From NCBI RefSeq assembly GCF_006345805.1, contig NC_043003.1:26970001-27034000 (forward strand): a stretch of DNA of 64,000 nt. The letters are read 5' to 3'. This stretch comes from Octopus sinensis. Lineage: Eukaryota. The position numbers and the translations under genes are program-made. The notes beneath the pieces were generated by a model, which searched no databases, was not told the DNA's origin, and was given only the letters and a program-made list of their open reading frames with translations. Positions 51,553 to 64,000 of the stretch are shown here, one piece after another (the stretch's first letter is position 1; each line of letters starts with the position of its first letter).

Positions 51553-52557
51553 CTAGGAGAGAATAAATTAGCATAAATTAAAACAATGCAAGACATATAC
51601 TGCAATCAACCATCATGTGAATTATGCTGAATAGAACAAATATCCAAGAATGTCACAGGGAAGAGTTACAAGAAAGATTCTCGAGGCGAAACCAACCGAG
51701 GGGACCGAGGGGAAGACCAAGAACAAGTTAGTTGAATAATATCCATAGTCTCAGTTGGTCATACTTAGGAATCCAGCTGAAGAGTCCAATAATGGTTGTT
51801 TTTGCTAGGACCCTACAGAGGAGGTGTTTTATGACTATTCCCATGACACTTCCAAGAACAGCTGGTTAAGAAGATGAATGGATGTAATCGTTAAGATGTG
51901 TTTGTTTTGAATAATGTTTTTTCAAACTAACACTTTTTTTCATATTATATTTACTGAATTTGCAGAAAAGGACAGTGCCCATAGCATTCAGTGGCCCTTG
52001 TTAATGCTCCTACTGACCCTTTCACCTGCATTAGCTGAAGCCTAAATTTTAATATTGATTTCAAAATTTGGCACGAGGCCAGCAATATCAGGGTGGGGCT
52101 AAGTTGATTATATCAACCCCAGTGTTCAACTGGTACATATTTTATCAACCCCAAAAGGATGAAAGGCAGAGCTGACCTCATCAGAATTTGAACTAAGAAT
52201 GTAAAGACAGACACAATGATGCTTGGTATTTTACTCATCATGGGTAATGATTCTGCCAGCTTGTCACCTTAACCTAAACTCTAATATTAAATATCTTCTG
52301 TAATCATCATCATTGTCATTTTTGAATCTGCTTTTCAATGCAAGCATGGGTTATATGGAATTTACAAAGGCAGATGATTTTTCATGGCCAGATGCTCTTC
52401 CTGTAACAAACCCTCATTTGTTTTCAAACAAGGTAAATATTTCCCTATGACAAGGCATGTCTTTGAAGATTGGACACGAGGGACACTGCTTGTATGATGG
52501 TGACAACTACCACGTGATGTCAAGACAAGGAGACAAACATACACACACACATATATA

Positions 52558-52631
<74 letters not shown>

Positions 52632-53511
52632 GAGTTAGAGGTTATGCAACCATCTAAGGGATAAATGTATCCATAGGCACTACTGGTGTATTACCTAACT
52701 ATGTATAGAACAAAAAATAAACCTCTTAATCCTTTACTTGAAAACAGATAATAGTCCCAGAATCTTGTCTTAAATAACTGCATTTCCCAAGCCTAAGCTA
52801 GCATGGACAAATTGATGTTAAAAGAACAAACAAATTAAATAACTTCTAATTTCAATGATCCAATGCCAACAACTGAGATGCAGGCGAGCCACAATTATGG
52901 TCACTGTTAAAAATAATAGCTAGATTTCCTTCAAGTCACACACATCTTAGAAAAGAAGGGTTTATTGGATAATGCAGGCCTAGGTGCACTGTCCATGGCC
53001 AAAGATAGAGATCAGTTGGCCTGTATGGTCAATCAAGGTGAACCTGGAGTTCAACAATAGTGACATCCATTCTTTTTTCTCTCCTGAGAATAATAAAGTT
53101 TTAAGAGAAAACAAAATTTAGGTGCGGGCTATGTGGTAAGAAGTTGACTTCCCACCCACATGGTTCCAGTTCAGTCCCACTGTGTGGCACTTTAGGCAAG
53201 TGTATTCTACTATAACCCAAAGTCAACCAAAGGCTTGTAAGTGGATTTCTTAGATGGAAACAGAAAGAAGTCCATGCATGAGTGTGTGTGTGTGTGTGTG
53301 TACTCCCATCACCACTTGACAACCAGTGTTGGTTTGTTTATGTCCCCATAACTTAGAGGTTCACTTCAGTTAGATGAGTATTTTATGGGTATGCAGGTAT
53401 TCTGAATGACAACCGTGCCGTGAATAGTTATGGATCCCCTTGGCAAAGCATAGCACCCATTCAGCCACCCTGCCAGCATGGTGGAGTGTGAAGAGGTAGC
53501 AGAAGAACTGC

Positions 53512-53630
53512 GAGTTGGCAGAAACGTTAAGTACCAGTTACGCACTGGTGTCGATGTAATCGACTTAATCCCTTTGCCTGTCCTTGTTTGTCTCCTCTAT
53601 GTTTAGCCCCATGTGGGCAATAAAGAAATA
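53512..53630 (+). mobile_element. Internally deleted SINE A
   Basis: The SINE A head joins directly to aagtaccagttacgcactgg and the full tail. Confidence 0.8.
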
Positions 53631-53962
53631 AAAAGAAATAAGAGCTCAGCTGAAACGACAGTGCTTCTTACATAGATGTTGAGCCAAGAAATCCTAGAAA
53701 ATCAACAGTCAGGATAACGAAGGACTACCAAGAGAGTAATTGCACCACATCCATATGGGTGGCATCCAAGATTGTGTAACCAGCTAATGAAAGATTCACC
53801 ATGACTCAAGCTCCCAATTCAAATTCATAATAGAAAGATGGGAATCTGTGAAAGCAGCAGCCAAAAACAGAAAGGAAGAAAGAAAAAAACACTGTCGAGG
53901 CTGTGCCTCAGCATAGCTGCAATCCAATGAACGAAACAAGTAAAAAATAAGAGATATATTAC

Positions 53963-54045
53963 CCGATTGAATTCAAGATATGAAGCTTTTTCTTCTGGGG
54001 TCATTGACTTGGTTTCTGCTATGAATTTCTTCATGTAACCATCAT
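53963..54045 (-). CDS. UCHL3: UCH-L3-like deubiquitinase, internal exon (DGYMKKFIAETKSMTPEEKASYLEFNR)
   Basis: 83-nt exon with tacag acceptor and gtaat donor, phase 1 to 0. The peptide resembles, from memory, the human UCHL3 region [24 protein letters not shown]. Confidence 0.92.
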
Positions 54046-54075
54046 CTGTATAACAGAAAGACAAAAATAATTATA

Positions 54076-54490
54076 TATTTCTTTATTGCCCACAAGGGGC
54101 TAAACTTAGAGGGGACAAACAAGGACAGACAAAGGAAATAAGTCGATTACATCGACCCCCCCAGTGCGTAACTGGTACTTTATCGACCCCGAAAGGATGA
54201 AAGGCAAAGTCGACCTCAGCGGAATTTAAACTCAGAATGTAACAGCAGACGAAATACCTATTTCTTTACTACCCACAAGGGGCTAAACACAGAGGACACA
54301 AACAAGGACTGACAGATGGATTAAGTCGATTATATCGACCCCAGTGAGTAACTGGTACTTAATTTATCGACCCCAAAAGGATGAAATGCAAAGTCGACCT
54401 CAGCAGAATTTAAACAAAGAATATAACGGCGGACAAAATACTGCTAAGCATTTCTCCCAGCACGCTAGTGTTTCTGCCAGCTCGCCACCT
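54076..54490 (-). mobile_element. Tandem SINE A copies
   Basis: Two tails (54076 and about 54260) and one head at 54480-54490. Confidence 0.82.
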
Positions 54491-55377
54491 AATAATTATA
54501 TTTTAATGTCTGCTTACTATGTTTGCATGGATCAGAGGAAATTTATAGGAGCAGGTTTACTATGGCTAGACAGCCTTCCTGTTACTCCACCTAGTCCTTT
54601 GAATATGAACTGCACAATGGGCAAATGTGTTTGCATGGAAAAATTGAATGCAAACAAACAATATCACTTGTCCCACAGCGACATTTGTTTACAAATAGCA
54701 TGTGATGTCAAGACATGAACACATATACGCACACGTTTATACACCCACACGATAGACTTCCTTCAACTTCCATCTACCAAATCCACTAGCAAGATTTTGG
54801 TCAAACAATGAGCTTGAAAAGTGAACTTTTTAAAACCAAAACAATACATACATATACACAAACACAAATATATATATATATATATGTACACACACATAAA
54901 TATATATATACATATGTACACACACACATATACACATACATACACACGCACACATATACACATACATACACACATATACACATGTGTACACACTCACAGA
55001 CACATGTACCCAACACACATATATACACACATGTACACATGGTTTTGGGTTTAAAAAGTTCACACACCTATCACTACATATTTCTTCTCACTACTTTTTG
55101 TGTATATTTATCCCCTCCCTGAAAGATGAACAATTAACTCACCCCCATTCCCAAAATAATGATCACCAATTACCTCCCTTTAAATTTTTCTACTTGTTGA
55201 ATTGTTCATAAACTTTTCTACACACAATATGGACTAAAATCTTAAGAAAATACGAAATTACAATAATTTCAATGTCATGATTAGCAAAAGTGAAACCAGT
55301 TGACAAACACAATATAAAATATATTTTAAAAAATATATTAAAACTATATAAAGTGTGTGCATTTTCCTTCTTTTAGC

Positions 55378-55420
<43 letters not shown>

Positions 55421-57440
55421 TACTCACATACACACACATACATCATCATCATCATCATTCAACATTTATTTTCCATACTATCATGGGTTGAACGGTTTGA
55501 CAGAATTTGATGGGTCAAAACACAGCATCATGCTCCAATGTCAACATTGACAGTTTCTACAGTTGGATACCTTTTCTAATGACAGCCACTTCACTTGGTG
55601 CTTTTTACATGGCACCCACACTAATGAGGTCAGAATGCAGCCTGCAAGACTAAGATTCCCGGGAATGAGTAGAGCTGCAGTAGAGAGGGAAGAAGGCAGC
55701 TTTATGCTATGGAACAAGGAACCAAAGTGAGACAAAGATCCAGAATAATATATATATAATATATATATATATATTTGATAGTCTTGATCTAGCAATCATG
55801 AAGATTACACTTCCATGAAGAACTCAATACATTTTAAACAGAATGTATATATAAATAAATAAATGGCAGAGAGCTTGCTTCCCAACCACATGGCACCGGG
55901 TTCAGTCCCACTGTATGGCACTTTGGGAAAGTGTTTTCTACAATAGCCGTGGGCTGATCAAAGCCTTTTGAGTGGTTTTGGTAGACGGAAACAGAAAGAA
56001 GCCCGTCGTGTGTATATATATTTGTGTCGTTGTTTATCTCCTCCATTGCTTGACAGCCAATGTTGGTGCATTTACATCCCCGTAACTTGGCAGTTCAGCA
56101 AAGGGGATTGTTACAATAAGTACTAGTCTTACAAGGAATAAGTCCTGGAGCCAGTCTGTTCAACTACAGGCAGTGCTCCAGCATGGCCACACTCAAATGA
56201 CTGAAATGCTGGCCTTGTGTGCCAAAGAGAGTATATCTGATAGTCTTGAACTCAGATGATGACACTTCTTTGAAGAACAATACATTTTAAATAGTGTGTG
56301 TGTGTGTGTGTGTGTACACACACACACACACATATTTGATAGTCTTGATCTAACAGTTAAGATGACACTTCCTAGAAGTTCACAATACATTTTAAACAGA
56401 ATGCCTGTATAAATAAATAAATGTTTATATTCAAACTTAACAGCTGGCACATGGTTTCTCTTATTACCATAGCATCTTCAGAAATCAAACTATTCAAATC
56501 AGATTTAGCTATGATTACAAATAAACACTGAAGGAATCAATAATAATAATTCAATAAAGGAAACAACATAGATTGGAAGAAACTGTATCTGTCATATGGA
56601 TCAAAGTTTGGCAATGATACATTGATTTCTAAAAGTGATGTTTAAACATCGGTGTTAGAATTATCAAGTAACAGCATTAGTAACAATCATTTAACATATC
56701 CCTGCATCTGAAATTGCTGGCCTTGTGCCAAAATTTGAATTCAATATTTGGATGCTGAGTTCAAGTCCTACAAAGGTCAATTTTGCCTTTCCCTCTTCTG
56801 AGTTCAGTACACTATATTTTCCAGCATACAAGTGGACATAGCATATAGTGTAAACATTCAAACATCCTCACTATCTTTCTGAAGTCCTGCTACATTTCAC
56901 ACATTTTAGGGGTAAGAGGTGTTGGTCAACTATATTGACTTCCCTGTATTAGATTGGTACTATATCTCACTGACCCTCAAAAGGATGCAAAATAAAGTAA
57001 ACCAGAGCAGGATTTGAACACAAATGAAAAGAGCAAAAAGAAATATTGCAAGGCATTTTCTTCCCCAATGCTCTGCTAATTTCTACCAACCTTATACAAG
57101 GTTAGTAATAAGGAGAGTCAATATGACACTTAACTAGTCTAATAGTTAAAATACAAAATAAAATCTTAATTATTTACAGAATAATATTTGAAAATGATTT
57201 TAGGTGCAGGCATGGTTGTACGGTTCAGAAGCTCACTTTGCAGCTACAAGATTCCATGTTGAGTACCAATAAGCAGCACCTTGAGTAAGTAAGTGTCTTC
57301 TATTATAGCCCTGGGCTGCCCAATGCCTTGTGTGGCATCTTGGGCAAGTGTCTTTTGCTATAGCCTCAGGCCAACCAAAGCCTTGTGAGTGGATTTGGTA
57401 GATGGAAACTGAAAGAAGCTCGTCATATATTAATATATAT

Positions 57441-57489
<49 letters not shown>

Positions 57490-57838
57490 GTATGTATGTA
57501 TATATACATGTGTGTGTGTGTGTTTATGCGTCTGTGCTTGTCCCCCCCCACCACCACCACATCGCTTGACAACCGATGCTGGTGCGTTTACGTCCCCGTA
57601 ACGTAGCAGTTCAGCAAAAGAAACCGATAGCATAATTACTAGGCTTTACAAAGAATAAACCCTGGAGTTGATTTGCTTGACTTAGGCAGTGCCCCAGCAT
57701 GTCTTGTGGATTTTCAGATTTATAGGGCAGAAGTGTCACAAAAATGCTTCACACTTTTCAATTTTCAGATAGCCATCATCCGAAGAAGTGCTTCACGAAG
57801 TATATACCTGGAATATATTTCCCAATTCACTCTCTTTC

Positions 57839-57904
<66 letters not shown>

Positions 57905-59231
57905 TTTAAGAACTACAATTTCATAGTGTTGTTTTTATAAACAAATGTACATGTGTGTTATATGCGATGACTTATTGGTAAGCGGTGTTGATTTGGCAAT
58001 TCAGTAAATAATATTTTATAAGCTTAAAGCTTATACGTTATCACCATGCACTAACTAAGGTAACTAGTCTAAGGTAAATAGTCTAATATTGGAGCGAATA
58101 AGCCCTCGACGTAAAAAAAGTAGGGTTGTCTATATACATGGGACTTATATTTTTGTAACAAGTGTGCTACCATTACACCAACGTACCCCTCGCTTCTTTC
58201 CATCATATTTAAGAATTATGATTTCATAGTGTTGTTTTGATAAACATACATATATGTCTAACGACTTGCCATGAAAACAGAGGTGTTGGTTTGAATCCCA
58301 TGCATTTGGACAACCCTACTTTTTGTCTGTTGAGGGCTTATCATCATCATCATTTAACATCTGCTTTCCATGCTAGCATGGGTTGGACGATTTGACTGAG
58401 GTCTGGCGAACCAGACTCCAATCTGATCTGGCAGAGTTTCTACAGCTGGATGCTCTTCCTAATGCCAACCACTCTGAGGGCCAGTCAGGCGGTACTGGCA
58501 ACGGCCACACTCAAACAGTGCTTTTTATGTGCCACCTGCACAGGAGCCAGCCCAGCAGCACTGGCAATGACCTCGCTCGAATGTTTTTTCACATGCCACC
58601 AGCACAAGTGCTAGTAAGGCAACGCAAATAACAATCACGCTCGAATGGTGTTTTTAACGTACCATTGGCTCAGAGGTCAGATTGTTGCTCGCCTCCGAGC
58701 TGAAAGAATCTAATTTTTCTTATATGCCCCAAAATTAGATTCTTTGCTTTAGTCAAAGCACGGTGATCACTTGTTAGCCTTGAGCTTATAAAATAGTAAT
58801 CATATATATGTACACACACCCACATAATTAACAATACAATATTATTTAGTGTGATTGCTTAGTCATGAAATGGTTGACAAGCAATAAGTGGCTGAAATTA
58901 GAGTTAAGGTTTCAAGAAGAGATATGTGAGATATATTTGTATAATTCATATTGAATTACACATAGATTGTAAAGCATATTTCAAAATAGAATATAGATTT
59001 CAATTGATTTAGATAAAGTATAATAAAAACAACAAAATATAAAGAGTGGTTGTTATTGTATGAAGTTTAGTTAACTTAATTGTTTAATAAGGCTTTGTGT
59101 TTAAGAATCTAAAAGTAGTGATAAAGAAATCAAGGAATAAGATAATTTACTTCAATGAAAATATATATAAGAAAATATGCAGTTAGATAACCACTTCCAA
59201 ATATTACGTGATGGATATAGGTTTAATGATT

Positions 59232-59627
59232 ACTAGCAGTATCGCCCGGTGTTGCTCGGATTTGTTTTGACTCTTTAGAATTGGAATTTTTGAAAAGTAA
59301 AAATTTTGCATTATGTAGCTTGTTATTCTCTTTAAGTGAACATTTTTCTGGTTGACATACATTGAAAAATGGTGACACAGCAGACAAAAATTCATAAAAA
59401 ATAGGGATTTTCATAGAAAAAAAACCCACTTATTTAATGTAAATAATGTTTGGTGCTAACATGGTCCGATTTGAATTTTTTCTTCTATGGAAGGAAGAGC
59501 AAGCCTTCTTCTATCATACTCTCAATTTTGGTCAACTTGCGTCACAGGGTCTCAGAAGAGATAGTGTTAGTTGAAGGCTACCAAACCTGCCATACACAGA
59601 CAACTTCAGCTTTATATATAGAGAGAT
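59232..59627 (+). mobile_element. Helentron/DINE-1-like non-autonomous element
   Basis: Starts actagcagt..cgcccggtgttgctcgg, ends caacttcagctttatatatagagagat, with a T-T insertion site. Confidence 0.55.
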
Positions 59628-61469
59628 TAAGATGTCACCAAAATATATAAAAAGTCTTTAACAGCTAAGATATAAAATGAGCTGAAAGTATATGTGTAAT
59701 AAATTTAGTGACTGCAAGATGTAAACCTCTGAGACAACTTGTTCAGAAGGAGATTTTTAATGAAAAGAAGTTTTTCTCAATCTAGAGTTTGTAGTCTTGC
59801 AAGCTGCATGGCACCCTGCACATGCTGCAAAGTGGTTGTCATAGAAATCATGCAAAATAGATGTTAGAGCAAGATGCAGTCCTTGGGTTCCAACAGATCT
59901 TCTCAAATTATCTAACCCATGACAACATGGAACAAGAACATTAACCCTTTTGTTGCCATATGTTTGTTGAGGTGCTCTGTGTTTCTTTCAATAAATTTTA
60001 AATATAAAAGAATTTAATAATATAACTTTAGTTATCATTAAGCTAGTGTTAGGAACATAAATTGTGACTAAGATTTGGTGGAAGATTTTAATTCAGAACT
60101 TTTGAAAGCAAGACATTTGTACTAAAGAGCAAGAGGTGGTTTCAACCGGGTTGGTATCAAAAGGGTTAAACGATAATGATGATGAAGACAGTAGGAACCA
60201 ATTACAACTATCAAGTTAACTGTGATAATATTAGCATCCAGAGTAATAAACCCTTTTTTAAAGAGGACCTTCAACCCTTCTAAGTTAAAAAAAAAGGTTG
60301 AAAATCTTTCCAAATTCTACTCATTGTCCATCAACAAAATAGTAAATTTGAGATCCACAATAGTCCCTGAAAAAAGTTTTGCTTTAGGTTTCTATAAAAC
60401 TAATTTTTAAACATCAAATGGTGAAGGGGGTCCACCAGGATAAAATAGTAATCAAAGGAGTCCATTGATTGAAAAAAGGTTGAGAACCCCTAATTTAATA
60501 AGCCATCATCTCTGTTAATAAGCCATCATCTCTGTGTTATCCACTGTGAATAATTAGAAACAGCTCCTTGAATATAAATAACAATTTGATCTCTTACTTC
60601 AGCCAAATCACTACTATCACACACACACACACACCAAAAGGAACTCAAAGATGTTTAACATAGAAGCTAGTCACAATTTATTATAATTTGTATTGTTTGC
60701 CAAAATTGTTAGTATTGGGTTCTTCAATGTTAGTAATAGGCTTAACAAAGTCAATTGCCTTAACTTGTAGGGGGAGAGTTATTGAAGAATAGTGATCTAT
60801 AATATTAGGTTTAAAATTTTGGTAAAAGGCCAGCAAGTTTGGGGGAGATGGTAAGTTGATTACATCAACCCCAGTGCTCAACTGGTATTCATTTTATTGA
60901 CCTCAAACGGATGAAAGGTGAGGTCACCATTGGTGGATTTCAAACTCAATGTATAAATGGATGAAATGCTGGAAGGCTTAAAACTGCCAGCTCACCATCT
61001 TCATACAGATCTATGATATTAGGTGGCAGAAACCCAAGTGATTTTCCATAATATTAACTGAGCTTGGTCCTTAATTTTGGATATAACCTCATCAAGAAGT
61101 CATTTACTAATTGTAATTTTGTGAGATAAATTAATTCAATTGATGAATATCTAAACAATACTATCTTAAATTTGGCATGTTTACAGCAGTCTTTTATAAC
61201 CTCATCTCAATTCTACTTTTGCTGATGAGAACAGAATAACACCAAAACTGGTCCCATGCTTGCCAGAAAAAATGAGTACTTATGTTTTTCTTTTTCTCTT
61301 CCTTAATAGTTATTTCATATTAACCTCTCATTATTAAGCGTATAGCAACAAAACCTTCCCTATTTTACATGGGCATTGGTATGGCACTAGTGAAGTTAAA
61401 CAGGTGATAATATTGTTTTCATATAGCTAATGTTTTACAGTTTTGTTTTCTTTTTTTTTTTTTTTTCAG

Positions 61470-61530
61470 TTACCACCATGATTTGAACCAATGCACCCTG
61501 TGTATGGAGAGGAAATGTTTATCAAGAATG
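61470..61530 (+). other. Exon-like segment, antisense to UCHL3
   Basis: Long poly-T plus cag acceptor and gtgaat donor. Reads MHPVYGEEMFIKN from the ATG at 61491, or YHHDLNQCTLCMERKCLSRM in another frame. Confidence 0.4.
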
Positions 61531-62330
61531 GTGAATGCTTGAAATTTTTTTTATCTTTTTTTGCATTCTCAACTATTATTTTCCATGTAGATGAACTTTA
61601 AATGACTTAATTTCCAAACATTTCTACATCCCTAAATAAAATAATGTACAATCCCATACATTTACTCAATGATGAATAGATTACTATTTTATTCCCTACT
61701 GTACTAATGCAGTCAAAATAAGACCAAAACTTTCTTTCAGTTGTCTCCCAACTTCACAGTTATTCAAATAAAAATCTAAAAAAAAAAATCTAGGTTACTA
61801 ATATTTTTTCACCTTGATGTTTTTTAGTTAAATTTTAATACTGCCCAGCAAAATATTTTTATAGCCCAAAACTCTTTAATGGTTTTTCAAATAAGGGATC
61901 TCTTATTTCACCTGTTTTGAAGGTGCAAAGAAAGTGCATGATTATTGACAGAGGAAATGACATTGTGCATAGCTGTGTGTGTGTGTGTGTGAAAAATAAG
62001 GATAAACAAGTTATATTTAAAGTTCCTACACATACTTCATCATTGTGGCTGTTTGCCCTGTATCAAATTATCTGTAACTTGATTATTGTGGTTATGCATC
62101 TGTATGCATTTGGAACATCTATTGTAGGGCTCCATACAACCATAGTGAAATGCATGTAGGAACTTTGATATAAACTTACATTTGTCCTTAATTTTCCCAC
62201 ATTTGCTCCTTAGCTCATAACTGATAATACTGCTCAGTATAGAAGTTAATTGACTAGATTATGAAGATTTACAGAGCTCTAAACCTAACTGTAGCAGTTA
62301 AACATCTACTTGTACACATAATATCTACTA

Positions 62331-62710
62331 GGCGCAGGAGTGGTTGTGTGGTAAGTAGCTTGCTTACCAACCACATGGTTCTGGGTTCAGTCCCACTATG
62401 TAGCACCTTGGGCAAGTGTCTTCTACTATAGCCCCAGGCCGACCAAAGCCTTGTAAGAGGATTTGGTAGACAGAAACTAAAAGAAGCTTGTCGTATATAT
62501 ATGTGGGGGGGGGAATCTGTGTTTGTCCTCCCAACATCGCTTGACAACCGATGTTGGTGTGTTTACATCCCTGTAACTTAGCAGTTCGGCAAAAGAGACC
62601 GATAGAATAAGTACTAGGCTTACAAAGAATAAGTCCTGGGGTTGATTTGCTCGACTAAAGGCAGTGGTCCAGCATGGCCGCAGTCAAATGACTGAAACAA
62701 GTAAAAGAAA
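62331..62710 (+). mobile_element. SINE B, full length
   Basis: Matches the other copies; further diverged copies near 53120, 55870 and 57350. Confidence 0.85.
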
Positions 62711-63862
62711 AAAAAGAGAGTATACATATATACATACAATGTGAGAGGCTGCTTCTAGTTTGCCCTCTGCAGAATCCACTCACAAGGATTTGGTTAACCC
62801 AGGGTAATAGAAGACACATGCCCACAGAATGAAGCCAAAACTGTGCTTGTGTCTATATACATTAATACTAAATTATTACTTTTTCCCCCTCAACATGCTT
62901 ATTTGTACTTAAGATAGTGAGCATTGCAAAACAAATACTAATTTATGTGGTATATTATACATCCTTTACTGAGAAAATATCTAAATTCTCCCCTTACCTT
63001 TGTGTATGAAAAATATATATCAGCAACTAAGGCAGTAGTAATAGCGAGAGGTAATATTTATCCCCACTTGAACGTGGATGTTCAGTTAGGACAAACTTTA
63101 TAGCAGTAGTTACCATGAGAGAGACTCTTATATTGGCTTTCTGGTGCAAAATGCACTTGTGTTTATGTAATTAGCAAGGAGATAAATCCTTGCTACCTCC
63201 AGTGCTGAGATCATGTGATTTCAAACATCTTTGGTCTTGTTAATGATGCGCTTGTGTCATGACAACCATCACTTAGGACTTGCCAATTAGGATTTGTTGC
63301 TGTTTAACCCTAGTTAAACAGCAGCAAGTCCCATGCTTGCCAGTGAAGTGGTTGATCAACCACTTCACTCGCATGTGACAAACCAATGAAATGGTCACTG
63401 TGATCATTCAATTCAATAGAGAAGTAAAAACCAAATATCACTGCTGTCCTAAGTAATGGTTACAAACTTATTTAGGTCTCACATGAGCCCTAAGACACAC
63501 CAGGCTGGAGCTTAATCCTGTTTCCATGGCATGTAAATGACTGAGATTACAACACTCACTGCCACCTGAACAGGATGTTGGTCCCTCACAGGCTTAACTT
63601 ATGAGCTATTGCTGGAACTCATTTGCAGCCGAGTGGACTGGGGCAGTATTTTGCTCAAGAATACAACATACTGCCTAGTCTTGGAATCAAAATCACAATT
63701 TCATGATTGAGTGCAATACCCAAACCACAAGGCCACTTTGATGATATAGTCCAAGGTACTCTATGCCAGGTGGAAAAAAAGGACAAAAGTTTATAAAGGT
63801 AAACAACCGATTAAAACATTTTGTTATGAAATATCAAGTTGATATCAATGCTATAATTGCAG

Positions 63863-63920
63863 GTGTTTTTGACGACCTTCATGCTTTGCCAGGCGAAACG
63901 GCTGTTTGTTCACTTGCCCT
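63863..63920 (+). other. Exon-like segment, antisense to UCHL3
   Basis: ttgcag acceptor and gtgagt donor; more GC/CpG-rich than its flanks. Joined to 61470-61530 it stays open in two frames (GVFDDLHALPGETAVCSLA or VFLTTFMLCQAKRLFVHLP). Confidence 0.42.
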
Positions 63921-64000
63921 GTGAGTCATGTTTTGTTTTCTATACAAAATACCCTGTATTAGACTGTTGACATTAAAAACTATTGACAGAAATAATAGTT

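Noticed and set aside
57740-57800. Minus-strand DDGYLK resembling a duplicated UCHL3 exon
   Set aside because: Similarity lasts about six codons, then diverges to a stop, and there is no acceptor.
61470-61490. Selenocysteine read-through of the TGA at 61479
   Set aside because: No SECIS or redox motif is visible; a 5' UTR stop or the other frame is simpler.

Overview
Repeat-dense eukaryotic DNA. It is inferred to be octopus/cephalopod from the tRNA-headed SINE families, RTE tails ending in (ATG)n and very high microsatellite load. One host gene is clear: the last five coding exons of a UCH-L3-like ubiquitin C-terminal hydrolase on the minus strand (54045 down to 34093), with the catalytic His and Asp; its first four exons are not visible. 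There are two weaker spliced candidates on the plus strand: a three-exon C-terminus at 18151-23181, and two exon-like segments at 61470-63920 that would be antisense to and nested in UCHL3. The rest is mobile DNA: LINE remnants of five clades (R4/Dong, Tx1, CR1, CRE, RTE), Helitron remnants, MITEs, three SINE families and local tandem duplications. Most notable: (1) a TSD-bounded 1.9 kb retroelement encoding only an ORF1-like protein; (2) an intronic RTE with tandem ~613-bp 5' monomers and a PHD-finger insert, whose five frameshifts can all be fixed by one base in a short run, so it may be intact; (3) short elements carrying minimal hammerhead-ribozyme motifs; (4) a 3' tail shared by the Tx1 LINE and the commonest SINE. 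All assignments were made by eye, without database searches.
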